Positions 39,744-50,522 are shown, counted from the first letter of the stretch. The stretch is 64,000 nucleotides of DNA from Bythopirellula sp. (GCA_965216565.1 OZ244170.1:1920001-1984000); one strand, 5' to 3'. Program-made: numbers and translations. The notes: generated by a model not told the origin, from the sequence alone.

Positions 39744-42692
39744 TCACTTAACAGAGGAACTGGCCGAATTTACGGCTAATTTCCAGTCTTCAATGACCGT
39801 TCCCGTTAAGTCGATATTGCTGCATATATAATGCAATCGCTGCGTTGCAGGCCCATTGGGTGCGGTTTCAAAGAGACTCTGCAAGAAATACGGCGGAATA
39901 GCTTGATAGTAGAGTGTGACTTGGACTTTTAGATTTGTCGAATCAAGTCCAGAAGGTAAACGGACTTTGTAAACAACTTCGTCGGAGCCACTGCCATCCT
40001 GATAGCGTGAGTCCTTCTTAGCGATAGGACCGGGATGCGTAGCGTGCAGAAATTCTCCACGCAGACCGGGTCCTGGTCCTTCAGGCTTCCAACCGCGCGG
40101 CAGCAATCGATTGTCTTTGATTATGTCTGACCCGTGAATGAAACTCGTCGTATAGAGATGCTTGGCACTGTGCAAGAGTGTCTCGTAGATTTGGACCTCT
40201 TCGGGCGAGTCAATTACCTCGTGGTGATTCTGACACGCTTGCTTTCGCGTCTCTGGATGTTCGTCAAAAAACTCTGAGGCTAGCGGTTCACCGTCGGGCC
40301 CGATCAATACACCCAACTCGTTCGTTTGGCCGGAGGACCAGACGATTCTCTCGGCAGAATCCTCAGAAGCTGATTGGTCGATGACAAGAAACTCCAAGAA
40401 CGCCCTTCTAAAACCGACTCCACTTGGAAAGCGGTGCCCTACTTTATTCTTAACCAGAACTTTAGCTGTAAGCTGTTGGCCTTCGACGGACGCTTCAACA
40501 CTCAAATCTGCTGTCTCATTTCGCGCCTGACGAACGAAGTCATCAATGGCGTGCGGTATGTCGGCTTGCGAGCCGGTCATAAAGTCATACTTTCTCACTC
40601 CCAAGATGTCGTCGAACTGATTGAACATCTCTAGCAGAAACACATTGAGCCCACGGAAGTTGTGCCTCGCGTACCCTTCCTTGCGAAGACGAACTTTCAA
40701 TTCTTCATGCTCTGCAAGGTTTTCCGCATCAGGGTAGGACTGATCTTGGATCACAGCTATTCGTGTGACCAAGTCATCGAAGTGGACGTCTAAATCATTA
40801 TTGTGATAATCCCGCGACATGTGGCAATTCTGACAAGTCTGTGCCTTGGGGTTGTCGGGGTTAAATTCGTTCTCGTACTCACTATTGAGCCATTCCAGGT
40901 AAGTCGCTTGTTCGATGTGGTGATGATACTGCTTGAAGAGCGGATTATTCTCCGAGGTAATGAGCTCGTCCGGCCGGTCGCCACGTTTCAAAGGTTTGTC
41001 GACGATCGGCAGATTGACGACATGACAGGTTCCACACATTTGCGAAGACTGAATGTAGTCGTTGTGTTTGGGCTTGAAACCCAGCGCGTGTTCCATGGAA
41101 TAGGGTGAGATCTCTTTGTCTTCGAAAGGGCCATGCATCTCGTTGACTTTGCCTAAGTGGACATTGCCAGTGATCGAAGTTTCCAGAAAGTACTCCAGGT
41201 AGGGCCGGTCGTCGCCCTCAGGTTGCTCGCGGGGTTGCATATGGTGGCAAATCGAGCAACTAATGCCATCGCGGGCCAGTGCCCCGTACTCCCAGTGATT
41301 CTTCCCCACGGCCTTCGGATCCGTGGACTCGCGCATCACATGCGCCAGTCCAAAGGGCTCGGCATCTGGGCCGTGATCGAGCCGATGCTGGTGTTTACCC
41401 ATCGCCCCATGACAAGTGAGGCAAGCGTCGACAAGCTGTTCGATATGCTCGTCGGCCTTTTGGGGATCGCTCGAAAAATCGCTCCGCATCAACGCAATCT
41501 CGCTCTCAAGCTGAGCAAAAAAGATCGGATCGCGTCCGGCAAGTCCCATCGGTGTCCAGCGCCATTCCCCATACGGAGAAAGATGAACGCCCGGCGCTCC
41601 GTAATGGGCTTGGCCCTCAGTAGGAAAAAACATGGTGGGGCCAAACGGTTCCAACAATCCCGCATGACAACTCATGCATTGATTCGACGAGACGAACGGT
41701 TGCTTGTCTTGCTCTGGTGCCGGTCGGCGGACCACCCAGTCGTGCGTAATAGGAGGAAAATGCAGTACCTGGTCGCGGGCTTTCGCATCGATCGTCGGGA
41801 ACTGACGAAGAAAGTTGTGATTGAGTTTAGGATTGCACAGCTCAGGGTGTGCTGATTCGCTGCAACGTGGGTGAGAGGAGACAGAGACTTGCTTGATTTC
41901 CGCAAGCAGATTCTCATTACTATCCTCAGCGCTAAGCGCCGGTTCCACCGGAACCTCTACATGCTCCTTGTGACGCCAAGAATCATCGACCCGAAAGAGT
42001 AATGGCTCACCAGGAAACCCTGCGATATTACGAAGCGAGGCAAACGTATATTCATTGGTTGCGCCATGAGTCTTAGTCGACGCGTGGCAGCGGACGCAAT
42101 AGATTCCAAATCCCGAAATCGGATGATCGAACGGATACTGATGGTTGTCGACTACTTGCTGATCTTTTCCCGGGTTGCTCCAGAACCATCCGTCATGCGA
42201 ACCCTTAGAATCTTTGACCATCACCGTCCAGCTTGCCAGACGCTCGAACAATTGATCGTCGTCAAAGTCATCGTAGCGTGCTGCAGGGGCTTCGAACTGT
42301 TCCTTGACTATCATCGCTCCATCGGGAATTGCTTCTTTCTTGCCGCTGGTAAGCCACTGGATGATCTCGGGCGAATAGTAGATTTTGACCGCCGGGTGCG
42401 TGCCGTACTCTTTGCCATTGATATACGGGCCGGTATCGCGAACCTTCTTATCCTTAAGCCAGCCTAGATGTCGATACTCTTGATGATTCAAAAAATCGAA
42501 CAGGTATCGATCGAATTCGGCGACGGGCAGAGTGCTCGGTGCCGGAAGCGGGCTTGGATGGCCAAAATCGGTCGGAGCATCGGCTATCTGTTCACTTGGA
42601 CAACTCGAAACGTGCCCTACGAGAAGAGCCGCAGCAGCGAACATGCAACACCATGCGCGACCTAGCATCCGTTGCCGTCGAAATCCATCCAT
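39744..42692 (-). CDS. Secreted multiheme c-type cytochrome with N-terminal cytochrome P460-like domain
   Basis: Six CxxCH motifs (CVRCH, CMSCH, CLTCH, CSICH, CGTCH, CQNCH); PDGAMIVKE...VMVKD...GWFW P460-like segment; GHRFPSG multiheme C-terminal motif; start uncertain (42692 or 42668). Confidence 0.85.
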   Translation of the reverse strand: MDGFRRQRMLGRAWCCMFAAAALLVGHVSSCPSEQIADAPTDFGHPSPLPAPSTLPVAEFDRYLFDFLNHQEYRHLGWLKDKKVRDTGPYINGKEYGTHPAVKIYYSPEIIQWLTSGKKEAIPDGAMIVKEQFEAPAARYDDFDDDQLFERLASWTVMVKDSKGSHDGWFWSNPGKDQQVVDNHQYPFDHPISGFGIYCVRCHASTKTHGATNEYTFASLRNIAGFPGEPLLFRVDDSWRHKEHVEVPVEPALSAEDSNENLLAEIKQVSVSSHPRCSESAHPELCNPKLNHNFLRQFPTIDAKARDQVLHFPPITHDWVVRRPAPEQDKQPFVSSNQCMSCHAGLLEPFGPTMFFPTEGQAHYGAPGVHLSPYGEWRWTPMGLAGRDPIFFAQLESEIALMRSDFSSDPQKADEHIEQLVDACLTCHGAMGKHQHRLDHGPDAEPFGLAHVMRESTDPKAVGKNHWEYGALARDGISCSICHHMQPREQPEGDDRPYLEYFLETSITGNVHLGKVNEMHGPFEDKEISPYSMEHALGFKPKHNDYIQSSQMCGTCHVVNLPIVDKPLKRGDRPDELITSENNPLFKQYHHHIEQATYLEWLNSEYENEFNPDNPKAQTCQNCHMSRDYHNNDLDVHFDDLVTRIAVIQDQSYPDAENLAEHEELKVRLRKEGYARHNFRGLNVFLLEMFNQFDDILGVRKYDFMTGSQADIPHAIDDFVRQARNETADLSVEASVEGQQLTAKVLVKNKVGHRFPSGVGFRRAFLEFLVIDQSASEDSAERIVWSSGQTNELGVLIGPDGEPLASEFFDEHPETRKQACQNHHEVIDSPEEVQIYETLLHSAKHLYTTSFIHGSDIIKDNRLLPRGWKPEGPGPGLRGEFLHATHPGPIAKKDSRYQDGSGSDEVVYKVRLPSGLDSTNLKVQVTLYYQAIPPYFLQSLFETAPNGPATQRLHYICSNIDLTGTVIEDWKLAVNSASSSVK

Positions 42693-42865
42693 TGGTCCAC
42701 CCACTATCAATCGGAGATGCGCACCTAAGCAACAGCTTGTCCGGAGAGCCAACCGAGGCTGTCGGACACGCTCAACATTTTAGCAGCAACGCCAGAAATC
42801 GGTACACCCGATTCGTGTGAACGTTTTGAAAAGTGCAACAAAGTGCATCATCAGAGAGCAATGGA

Positions 42866-44206
42866 TTACTCGGTCTCTGACACTGCTGGAATGTCTTCTG
42901 GTTTAGCAGAATCGTGGAACAGCAGGGCAAAGGCCACCATGATAACACCGGCCATGGCCGCTGGGAGCATCCACAATTCTTTCCATTGGTCCATCACGGT
43001 CTGCAGAAGCGTGGGATCTATTCCCTCGGGCAGAGAAGCAGAAAACATTCTGCCCAGCGATTCCGCAAAAGACAAGGATTGTTCCTCAGAGTTCGCTGCG
43101 ATCGCGTCAGAGAGGGCATTGTAGTCGGGCACCGTGCTTTCGAAGCGTCCGAAGGCAACCATATACCCAAAGTACATACCCACGCCTTGCGTGAAAAACA
43201 CGAGCATGCTTTGGACCTGTCCCCGCACGTCTGCCGGGGCCTTGCTATCCGCATACATGAATCCGGTCACGAAGAAGAAGTCGTAGCACACGCCATGCAA
43301 TAGAACGGCCAGCAACATCATCCAGATCACCTGATCTTGAGCACCGTAGGCGAATAACACATATCGGAGTGCCCACGCGGCCATGCCGATGAGGATCATC
43401 CATTTCACTCCCAGGCGGCGGAAGAAAAACGGGATGAGCACCATAAAGAAGATCTCACTCATCTGGCCAAGAGTCATCGTCGAAGCTGGGGCTTCAAACC
43501 CAACCTGACCAAGCACATTGGACGTCAGCCCATAGTAGTAGGCCAGAGGAATGCAGATCAACGTCGAACAAACCATGAAGACCAAGAATGGAAAATCCGT
43601 CATCAACTTAAAACCGTCGACCATCAACAGAGTGCGAATATCGAGCGGCTTACCCTTCGCCGGTGGTGGAGTGTGCGGTAGAGAAAAGCAATACAGCCCC
43701 AAAACAATGGAGCCAATTCCTCCGAGCCAAAAAATTTGGAAGCTCGCAGACCAACCCAAAAATCCAACCACAAGTCCTGCCACGATCCAACCAATCGTTC
43801 CCCAAACTCGAATCTTAGGAAAATGACTTTGATCGGCGATGTTTGTGAAGGCAATCGTGTTGCTCAATCCAAGCGTCGGCATGTAACAGAGCATATGACC
43901 GAGCAATAGCCATACCAGCATGTTGCCATCCCCGGCAGCAGCGTAGCCAGGAGCCAGACACAGAATGACTCCGCCCAGCAGCATCAGCAGGCCCATAATC
44001 ACCTGCGAGGGAAAGAACCGATCGGCAACAAGCCCGAGGAATAGCGGCGCGATTATCGCAGCCAAGGGAGCCGTGCCGTAGGCATCCCCGCCGAAGTCCT
44101 TCAGCCCATTATCTGCCAGACATTTCCCTAACGTGGCAAACCATGCTCCCCAGACAAAAAACTGGAGAAACATCATTGTCGACAGTCTAAACGAGACACC
44201 ATTCAT
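42866..44206 (-). CDS. MFS transporter, nucleoside:H+ symporter (NupG-like) family
   Basis: MMFLQFFVWGAW, IRVWGTIGW, GQMSEIFF, LHGVCYDFFFVTG. Confidence 0.9.
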   Translation of the reverse strand: MNGVSFRLSTMMFLQFFVWGAWFATLGKCLADNGLKDFGGDAYGTAPLAAIIAPLFLGLVADRFFPSQVIMGLLMLLGGVILCLAPGYAAAGDGNMLVWLLLGHMLCYMPTLGLSNTIAFTNIADQSHFPKIRVWGTIGWIVAGLVVGFLGWSASFQIFWLGGIGSIVLGLYCFSLPHTPPPAKGKPLDIRTLLMVDGFKLMTDFPFLVFMVCSTLICIPLAYYYGLTSNVLGQVGFEAPASTMTLGQMSEIFFMVLIPFFFRRLGVKWMILIGMAAWALRYVLFAYGAQDQVIWMMLLAVLLHGVCYDFFFVTGFMYADSKAPADVRGQVQSMLVFFTQGVGMYFGYMVAFGRFESTVPDYNALSDAIAANSEEQSLSFAESLGRMFSASLPEGIDPTLLQTVMDQWKELWMLPAAMAGVIMVAFALLFHDSAKPEDIPAVSETE

Positions 44207-44361
44207 TGCATTCTCTCGGGTGAGGTAGAAGTTATCTGAAGAGACAGCAATGGATAGTTTCCCTCCTTAACCCAATTGCTGCTGGTGCAATGATAAACAG
44301 CTAAATGCGAACCATCAACGCGGCAGAGCAGGGTAAGCTACAAATCTTTCAGATATTTCGG

Positions 44362-45405
44362 TCAAAGGCGAACTGACCGACGCCTCAGCAGACTCTCAGT
44401 TTGTTTTTGGCAGAGTTTAATGGCATCTTGGGCAAGTTGGCCATCTAGTATATCTGACGTGTTACCTGCTTTGACGCATTTCACAACTTCCTTAATCTCA
44501 GTTTCAAACGCTTCCATGGGATCGCCCCCGGAGAGTTTAGGCGTCTTGACCTTCCCGTTGGGCTCCAAGATCGTCGGCGGACAGAGGTAGGCTCCCTCGT
44601 CGCCGATCACTGCGAATTCGAAGAGCAGAGTGGCTTTCTCCAGATGAATCTCGAAGCCATGATTAAAGGCCCGTCCCTGTTGGCCAATCGTTCCGCTTTG
44701 TGCCGCTACACTGGGACCTTGAGGGCCGTAATCGAATTGCGTATGCCAATTCTCTGCCAACTCATTACGAGTACGTCCCGAACAACTCAATGCCTGGGGC
44801 ATACCGAATAGCAAACGAATGAAGTGAGCGTCGTGCACATGCAGATCGAGCATCGGACCGCCCACTTGATCGGCCTTCCAAAAATTGGGGAGCCAGGTCG
44901 GCTCTGCGATCACTCGCTTGAAAGTGCCACCAATCGGCTTTCCATAACGTCCGCCGTTGATGATTTTCAAAGCCCAAGCGTATTCCGGAAAAAAAGGCAA
45001 CACGTGCCCTACCATCAAGAGTCGATCGGCTGCAGCGGCTGCCTTGGCCATGCGAGTGCAGTCTTTGACAGTGAGCGCCATTGGCTTCTCGCAGAATACG
45101 TCTTTACCTGCCTTCAGCGCCTTGATCACAACTGGAGCATGAAGGGCAGGGGGCAGGGTAACGTCCACGACATCGATTTTGTCATCGGCCAGCAGCTCTT
45201 CGATCTCTGAGTATTTGGCCACGCCGCTGAGATCCATGCGTTTGCCAGCAGGGCCGAAGTTACCCTTGATACCCCGCCAGTCGCCCGCCAGCCGCTTCTT
45301 GTCTTGCTCGCAAATGGCTACAACTTTTGCGCCACGGATTTTTTGGTAGGAGAGATAATGCACCATCCCCATAAAACCAATACCAACAATGCCGACGCGT
45401 ACCAT
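44362..45405 (-). CDS. Gfo/Idh/MocA family oxidoreductase
   Basis: GIVGIGFMG, CEKP, DLHVHD. Confidence 0.92.
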   Translation of the reverse strand: MVRVGIVGIGFMGMVHYLSYQKIRGAKVVAICEQDKKRLAGDWRGIKGNFGPAGKRMDLSGVAKYSEIEELLADDKIDVVDVTLPPALHAPVVIKALKAGKDVFCEKPMALTVKDCTRMAKAAAAADRLLMVGHVLPFFPEYAWALKIINGGRYGKPIGGTFKRVIAEPTWLPNFWKADQVGGPMLDLHVHDAHFIRLLFGMPQALSCSGRTRNELAENWHTQFDYGPQGPSVAAQSGTIGQQGRAFNHGFEIHLEKATLLFEFAVIGDEGAYLCPPTILEPNGKVKTPKLSGGDPMEAFETEIKEVVKCVKAGNTSDILDGQLAQDAIKLCQKQTESLLRRRSVRL

Positions 45406-45420
45406 GTTTAGTCCGTGAGA

Positions 45421-46269
45421 TTATGATTGCTGAAGCTGTTGAATCATCGTTCGCAAACGACTCGTAGCCGTGCTGATTTCTTCGATTTGTCTCTTTGGTT
45501 CCTGCGGTATTTCGCGCTCGATCGTCAGAGGACCTTGATAATCAATCTCCGAGAGTACCTGGAGAAATCGAGAAAAGTCGACATCGCCGTCTCCCACTGG
45601 CACCTCTTTGCCCCAAGTGATCCCAGGCTCGGAAGACCAAGTGGCATCTTTGCAATGTACACTCCGCACAAAACTGCCAACTGCCTGCAGTGCTTCGATC
45701 GGTTCGCCACAACCGTAGAGAATCATGTTGGCAGGATCGAAATTCACAAATAAGTTGTCGCGCTCCACGTCCTTCAAAAAACCTAGCAGAACGTCGGCCG
45801 GCTCCTGCCCAGTCTCCAAGTGGAGCGTATGCCCATCGTTCGAGCAATAGTCGCATACCTGACGGGTTACCTCGAGCACTTCGGCGTACTCTTCGCAGTC
45901 CCGATCATGGGGGACAAACCCAATATGGAGCCCAACAGGCACAACTCCCAGCAGCGTCCCAAAATCGACAATCTGCAATAGCTCCGCAACGCGTTCTTGG
46001 CGTGTCTCTCGTGGAACCAGTCCCACTGTTTGTTGAACCGTTGGTATATCCGCGTAACTCTCGCCCTCGAAGCCCGCGAACAGGCATGTGACCTCGATAT
46101 CCAATTCTTCAAATGTCTGCTTGAGATCGGCTGAGAGTTCAGCGGTTCTGCTACTTTGCTTGGGGGCGTGTAGATGAATGGTCGAGACATCCAGCTTCGG
46201 CAGAACTTCTACCTGCAAACCGAGGCCGGCATCTAAACTGGCGAATGCGCCGAGTTTCCAGTCGTGCAT
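45421..46269 (-). CDS. Sugar phosphate isomerase/epimerase (xylose-isomerase-like TIM barrel)
   Basis: HIGFVP, LETGQE, NFDPAN, VHCKD, LTIERE metal-binding motifs. Confidence 0.9.
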   Translation of the reverse strand: MHDWKLGAFASLDAGLGLQVEVLPKLDVSTIHLHAPKQSSRTAELSADLKQTFEELDIEVTCLFAGFEGESYADIPTVQQTVGLVPRETRQERVAELLQIVDFGTLLGVVPVGLHIGFVPHDRDCEEYAEVLEVTRQVCDYCSNDGHTLHLETGQEPADVLLGFLKDVERDNLFVNFDPANMILYGCGEPIEALQAVGSFVRSVHCKDATWSSEPGITWGKEVPVGDGDVDFSRFLQVLSEIDYQGPLTIEREIPQEPKRQIEEISTATSRLRTMIQQLQQS

Positions 46270-46473
46270 TTTTTGGCTCCAAATCTAGCGGTTTCTACTT
46301 GCCGCTCGCCAATTCCGCAACGGAGTCCAACCTCGGCGAAATGCACCCTCACTGCAGCGAGCAAGCCCAACTAGCCGCCGATCATATACGGACCGCGCAC
46401 GCTCGAACAGGAGGAGTATCGCCAGATTGGCGAGAGCAGCTCTAAGAAAGCAGCGTTTCCCTGTGGGCAGAGG

Positions 46474-48867
46474 CTACTGTAGCTTGAAACGGGCTGTCAA
46501 ATCGGCGCGACTATCGCCACCCACCCAAAGCTGAAACTTGCCCGGTTCGATCAAGAATTCCTCGTCTTCGTTGTAGAAGCCTAGCTGATCGGATTTCAGC
46601 ACAAACTCTACAACTTTGCTTTCGCCCGGCTTGAGAGGAACTCGCTCGAAATCTTTCAGCTCACGAACAGGACGGACCACACTACCAACTAAATCTCGAA
46701 CATAGAGCTGCACGACTTCTGTTCCGGCACGCTTTCCCTTATTGGTGACACGCACTTTGACGGTGATCTCTCCCTCTTTGTCGAGCTCACGCGAAGACAA
46801 ATCTAGGTCTTCATAGTTGAACTCCGTATAGGAGAGACCGAATCCGAAGGGGAACAAAGGAAAGGGATCCGAGTCGATATAGTGGGAAGAATAACGGACA
46901 TTTTCCGGCATGTTTTTTACCTTATCAAGCGACGGTGCTTGATAGTCATCAGGAGCGGGTCGGCCCGTCTTGGGATGATTGTAGTAGAGCGGCACCTGGC
47001 CAACTGTTTTCGGGAACGTCACCGGCAACTTACCCGAGGGCGATTCGACGCCGAGTAATAAATCGACAACGGCCGGGCCCATCATCGTGCCTGCTTGCCA
47101 TCCGTAAAGTACGGCATCGACCTGTTCAATTTGCTTGCCAATGGTAAGTGGTCGGCCTGCATTGATGATCATTACGGTCGGAACATCCAATTTCCCAACT
47201 GCCTCGACAAGCCGAGCCTGCGAGCCGGGCAATCCCAATTCCGTTCTGGAGTGAGCTTCACCACTGAAGGACTCTTCTTCTCCCACAAACAGCAGTGCGA
47301 TATCAGCTTCTTTGGCTGCAGCCACGGCTGCATCATACTGGGGATGATCTGGCAGATACTTGGATTGCAAACAAGGAACGTGAATGATCTCGCAATCCTT
47401 GCCGAACCTTCGTTTCAATGCCGAGAGCGGCGTAATGCTATCTTCGTCTTTGGCATCCATCACCCAAGTACCGAGTTGGTCGCGAGGTGCATCCGCAAAG
47501 GGGCCGATCACGGCGATTTTCTTCAGGGAGTCTTGATTCACGGGCAACGCGGAATCGTTTTTCAAAAGGACCATACTCTGACGACCAAGTTCTCTCGCCG
47601 TCTGTAGATATTCTTCGTCTAGCAATTCTCTCTGCTCAGGATCGGCATAAGGTTCTTCAAACAAATTGAGCCGGGCCTTCGTGTCCAAAATGCGGCCCAC
47701 CGCGTCGTCGATGAGCTTCATATCGACACGCCCAGATTCCAGGAGGTCGGACATATTCTTGGCGTAGCAAGTGCTGACCATTTCCATGTCGACTCCGGCT
47801 TGCATCGAAAGTTCAGCCGCTTCGCTCTTGTTTGCGACGCTTCCATGCTTGATCATTTCGATTACCGAACCCCAGTCGCTGACGACAAAGCCCGAGAATT
47901 GCCATTCGTCTTTCAGCACCTCTCGAAGCAAGCGTTTGTGACCAGAGGCTGGCACCCCGTTCACCGTATTGAAGGCAGTCATCAGCGTGCGTGCCTGCTC
48001 GTCGATACAAGCTTTGAACGGTGGCAGAAACACGTTGCGGAGTTCGTTCCGAGATACCAGTGCTCGGTTGTAGTCTCGGCCACCTTCGCTCAAGCCGTAA
48101 GCAACAAAGTGCTTCGGACACGCGGCGACGCCACGCAACACACCATTGGAGTCGGGAAGTTGAAAACCTCGCACCATGGCTGTGCCCACGGCAGCAGCCA
48201 GTACCGGATCTTCGCCGGGGCTTTCGGCAATACGCCCCCAGCGTGGGTCACGGGCAATATCCACCATCGGTGCAAACGTCCAATGGATGCCCACTTTTCT
48301 TGATTCGTAAGCAGAGAATTTGGCGGCTTCTTCGATCAGCTCTGGATTCCAGCTTGCTGCCTGACCCAGGGGGATTGGATAGATTGTTCGAAAACCGTGA
48401 ATCACGTCACGAGCGACAATCAAAGGAATACCAAGTCTAGACTGTTCGATAGCCACTCGCTGAGCATCTTGTACGATTTCGTCCTGGCCTGGATAGAAAA
48501 TCGAACTGACCTGGCCCGAGCGGATCTGACCTGCCAGATCATCAGACAAGCTCGCGCCGCCGGGGAAAGCCTGACACAGCTGGCCAATCTTCTCTTCCAG
48601 CGTCATTGCCGAGATGATCTCCTCGACGACCTCAGCAGGATCAGTCGGATCAGGTCGGAACCTAAGCCGGGGCAGATTCTCGGTCGGATCTTTTTCCAGA
48701 CGAGCATCCGAGCGGGGCAGGGTGGCAGTTTCTACGGGTCCTGTGACGGTCGGCCCCGTGACGGTTGTTTCAGCCGACACCAATGGCAATGTCACGCTCA
48801 AAGGGAGACAGACTGCCAGAACACCCAGCAAAGCCGCACAGCACATAAAATTTCGCAAAGCCTTCAC
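46474..48867 (-). CDS. bglX: GH3 beta-glucosidase (BglX-like), secreted
   Basis: SRLGIP, DVIHG, RWGRIAE, KHF, VVSDW nucleophile, SGEAHSR, Fn3-like C-domain; GTG start overlaps the GH16 stop. Confidence 0.93.
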   Translation of the reverse strand: MKALRNFMCCAALLGVLAVCLPLSVTLPLVSAETTVTGPTVTGPVETATLPRSDARLEKDPTENLPRLRFRPDPTDPAEVVEEIISAMTLEEKIGQLCQAFPGGASLSDDLAGQIRSGQVSSIFYPGQDEIVQDAQRVAIEQSRLGIPLIVARDVIHGFRTIYPIPLGQAASWNPELIEEAAKFSAYESRKVGIHWTFAPMVDIARDPRWGRIAESPGEDPVLAAAVGTAMVRGFQLPDSNGVLRGVAACPKHFVAYGLSEGGRDYNRALVSRNELRNVFLPPFKACIDEQARTLMTAFNTVNGVPASGHKRLLREVLKDEWQFSGFVVSDWGSVIEMIKHGSVANKSEAAELSMQAGVDMEMVSTCYAKNMSDLLESGRVDMKLIDDAVGRILDTKARLNLFEEPYADPEQRELLDEEYLQTARELGRQSMVLLKNDSALPVNQDSLKKIAVIGPFADAPRDQLGTWVMDAKDEDSITPLSALKRRFGKDCEIIHVPCLQSKYLPDHPQYDAAVAAAKEADIALLFVGEEESFSGEAHSRTELGLPGSQARLVEAVGKLDVPTVMIINAGRPLTIGKQIEQVDAVLYGWQAGTMMGPAVVDLLLGVESPSGKLPVTFPKTVGQVPLYYNHPKTGRPAPDDYQAPSLDKVKNMPENVRYSSHYIDSDPFPLFPFGFGLSYTEFNYEDLDLSSRELDKEGEITVKVRVTNKGKRAGTEVVQLYVRDLVGSVVRPVRELKDFERVPLKPGESKVVEFVLKSDQLGFYNEDEEFLIEPGKFQLWVGGDSRADLTARFKLQ

Positions 48868-50522
48868 TATTCAACTCCCCCAAGGATATTTAGAGATTTG
48901 TGGAGGTGCGTTTGAACCTTGTTCTCCATCAAACCTATCAACTCGTTGTTCCCGCCGATTGATGTCCCAGATTTTGGAGCCGCTGCTGCGGGGGCCGAGT
49001 TCGATTGATTGTATTTCGACTCCCAGACGGCACGATCTGCGTTGTTGACGACTCCATCGTAGTTAAAATCTCCATCAGCAACCGAGGTGCCATCGTTCTT
49101 GCCGAGGCCCTTCTGCCACTCCATAAAATCGAGGCCGTCTACTCGTCCATCGTTGTTGGCATCGGCATTAAACTCCACATCGAGATTCCGGAACGCAACC
49201 TCATCGAGATGAACCGCCCCTCCCTCGTTATTAGGCTGAGTGAAGACTAATGCTAAGCGAGCCTCGACAGCACCTGTGGGGACGGTATCTGTGATCGTGT
49301 GGGAATGCCACTGGTCATTGGCAGTGTTTCCATCAGCGATTTTGATGGATTTCGAACTAATGTAAGCAGACGAGCCAAACCGTGCGCCCGGTTCGCTGTA
49401 GTAATCTATTTTCATATCCACGTGGTTCTTAGTGTCAGAAATCGAATCCGTGCCGCGGATATAAGCCTTCACCGAAGCAGATAGCGAATCGCCCGGCGAA
49501 ACACTGATCGCCTGGGCTACGCCCGAGTGGTTTTCTTCTCCACTCGACTGACCGAACAGCTTAAGTGCTATCGCGCCATCGCTGACAGATTCGTTATGCA
49601 CTTGGACATTGGGACTCTCTTGAATCTTGTTACCGAAAGTGGACCAGTTCTTGAGCGATCCGCCGTCCGCCTCGAAACCGCCATTCTTAAACACTACCGG
49701 AGAGGCATCTTTCGCCCGTTCGTAAACTCGAACGTAGTCGACAAGCATCTGCTGAGGCCAGCTACTACTAGGCCCGGGCTGAGCGTCTTTCAAAAACTCA
49801 CCGCCCACTGCCACGTTCAGCTGCACTTCGACGGGAGCTGTTTGGCTCGATAGAAATCCACCTACCTCGGCATCGTAAATTGTGAAGTAATGCACGTCGT
49901 CGACGAAGAACCGAAGCTTCTTTTCGTCCCACTCAACTGCATAGACGTGAAACTCTTTGTGAAAATTCTCAAGCTCGCCCAGAACCGAAGTCCGCTGCTC
50001 GTCGAATAAGAATTTCCGTTTCTTCGGACCGGGGCCGTAGTGAAAGGCGCTACTGGTGAGATGCGGCTGATTGCCACGGTTCTCCATGATGTCGATCTCA
50101 CCCTGCGTGGGCCAGGGGTGCTTTTTGGTGTCGGGTAGCAACCAGATCGCTGGCCAGGTGCCCAGCGTGCCGGGGAGTTTGGCACGAACTTCCCAGCGAC
50201 CGTGTCGCTTGGTCCATTTGCTTTCAACTTTGCCGGAGGTGAAGGCCTTGCCGCCATACTCTTTGGTGATAGCAGTTAGTGCCAAATGGCCCTCGGACAC
50301 AGAAACCTGAGACGGATGATAGGCCTGACGCTCATTGTTGTGAGGAGTCGTCCAATCGATGGCTTCCCACTTCGTGGTGTCGAGAGAATCACCCTCGAAT
50401 TCATCGCTCCACACTTTATGCCAACCAGGAGGGGCAGCAATTGCGGGGATGTCTTGCTGGAACAACGCCCCCCCAAAGCAAAGAATCAAACCAATGACTA
50501 TCCGCTGACCCAACTGATTCAT
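48867..50522 (-). CDS. GH16 endo-beta-1,3-glucanase (laminarinase-like) with CBM-like domain and dockerin-like tail
   Basis: WSDEF, WPAIWLL, EIDIME catalytic motif, NVAVGG, VDYVRVY; then a NGGFE beta-sandwich and DANNDGRVDGLDF repeats. Confidence 0.9.
   Translation of the reverse strand: MNQLGQRIVIGLILCFGGALFQQDIPAIAAPPGWHKVWSDEFEGDSLDTTKWEAIDWTTPHNNERQAYHPSQVSVSEGHLALTAITKEYGGKAFTSGKVESKWTKRHGRWEVRAKLPGTLGTWPAIWLLPDTKKHPWPTQGEIDIMENRGNQPHLTSSAFHYGPGPKKRKFLFDEQRTSVLGELENFHKEFHVYAVEWDEKKLRFFVDDVHYFTIYDAEVGGFLSSQTAPVEVQLNVAVGGEFLKDAQPGPSSSWPQQMLVDYVRVYERAKDASPVVFKNGGFEADGGSLKNWSTFGNKIQESPNVQVHNESVSDGAIALKLFGQSSGEENHSGVAQAISVSPGDSLSASVKAYIRGTDSISDTKNHVDMKIDYYSEPGARFGSSAYISSKSIKIADGNTANDQWHSHTITDTVPTGAVEARLALVFTQPNNEGGAVHLDEVAFRNLDVEFNADANNDGRVDGLDFMEWQKGLGKNDGTSVADGDFNYDGVVNNADRAVWESKYNQSNSAPAAAAPKSGTSIGGNNELIGLMENKVQTHLHKSLNILGGVE

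Noticed and set aside
41157..41855. Long antisense or alternative-frame ORFs (e.g. 41157-41855, 35127-35711, 58592-59269, 60327-60881)
   Set aside because: They lie within well-supported genes, lack recognisable motifs and are expected shadows in GC-rich DNA
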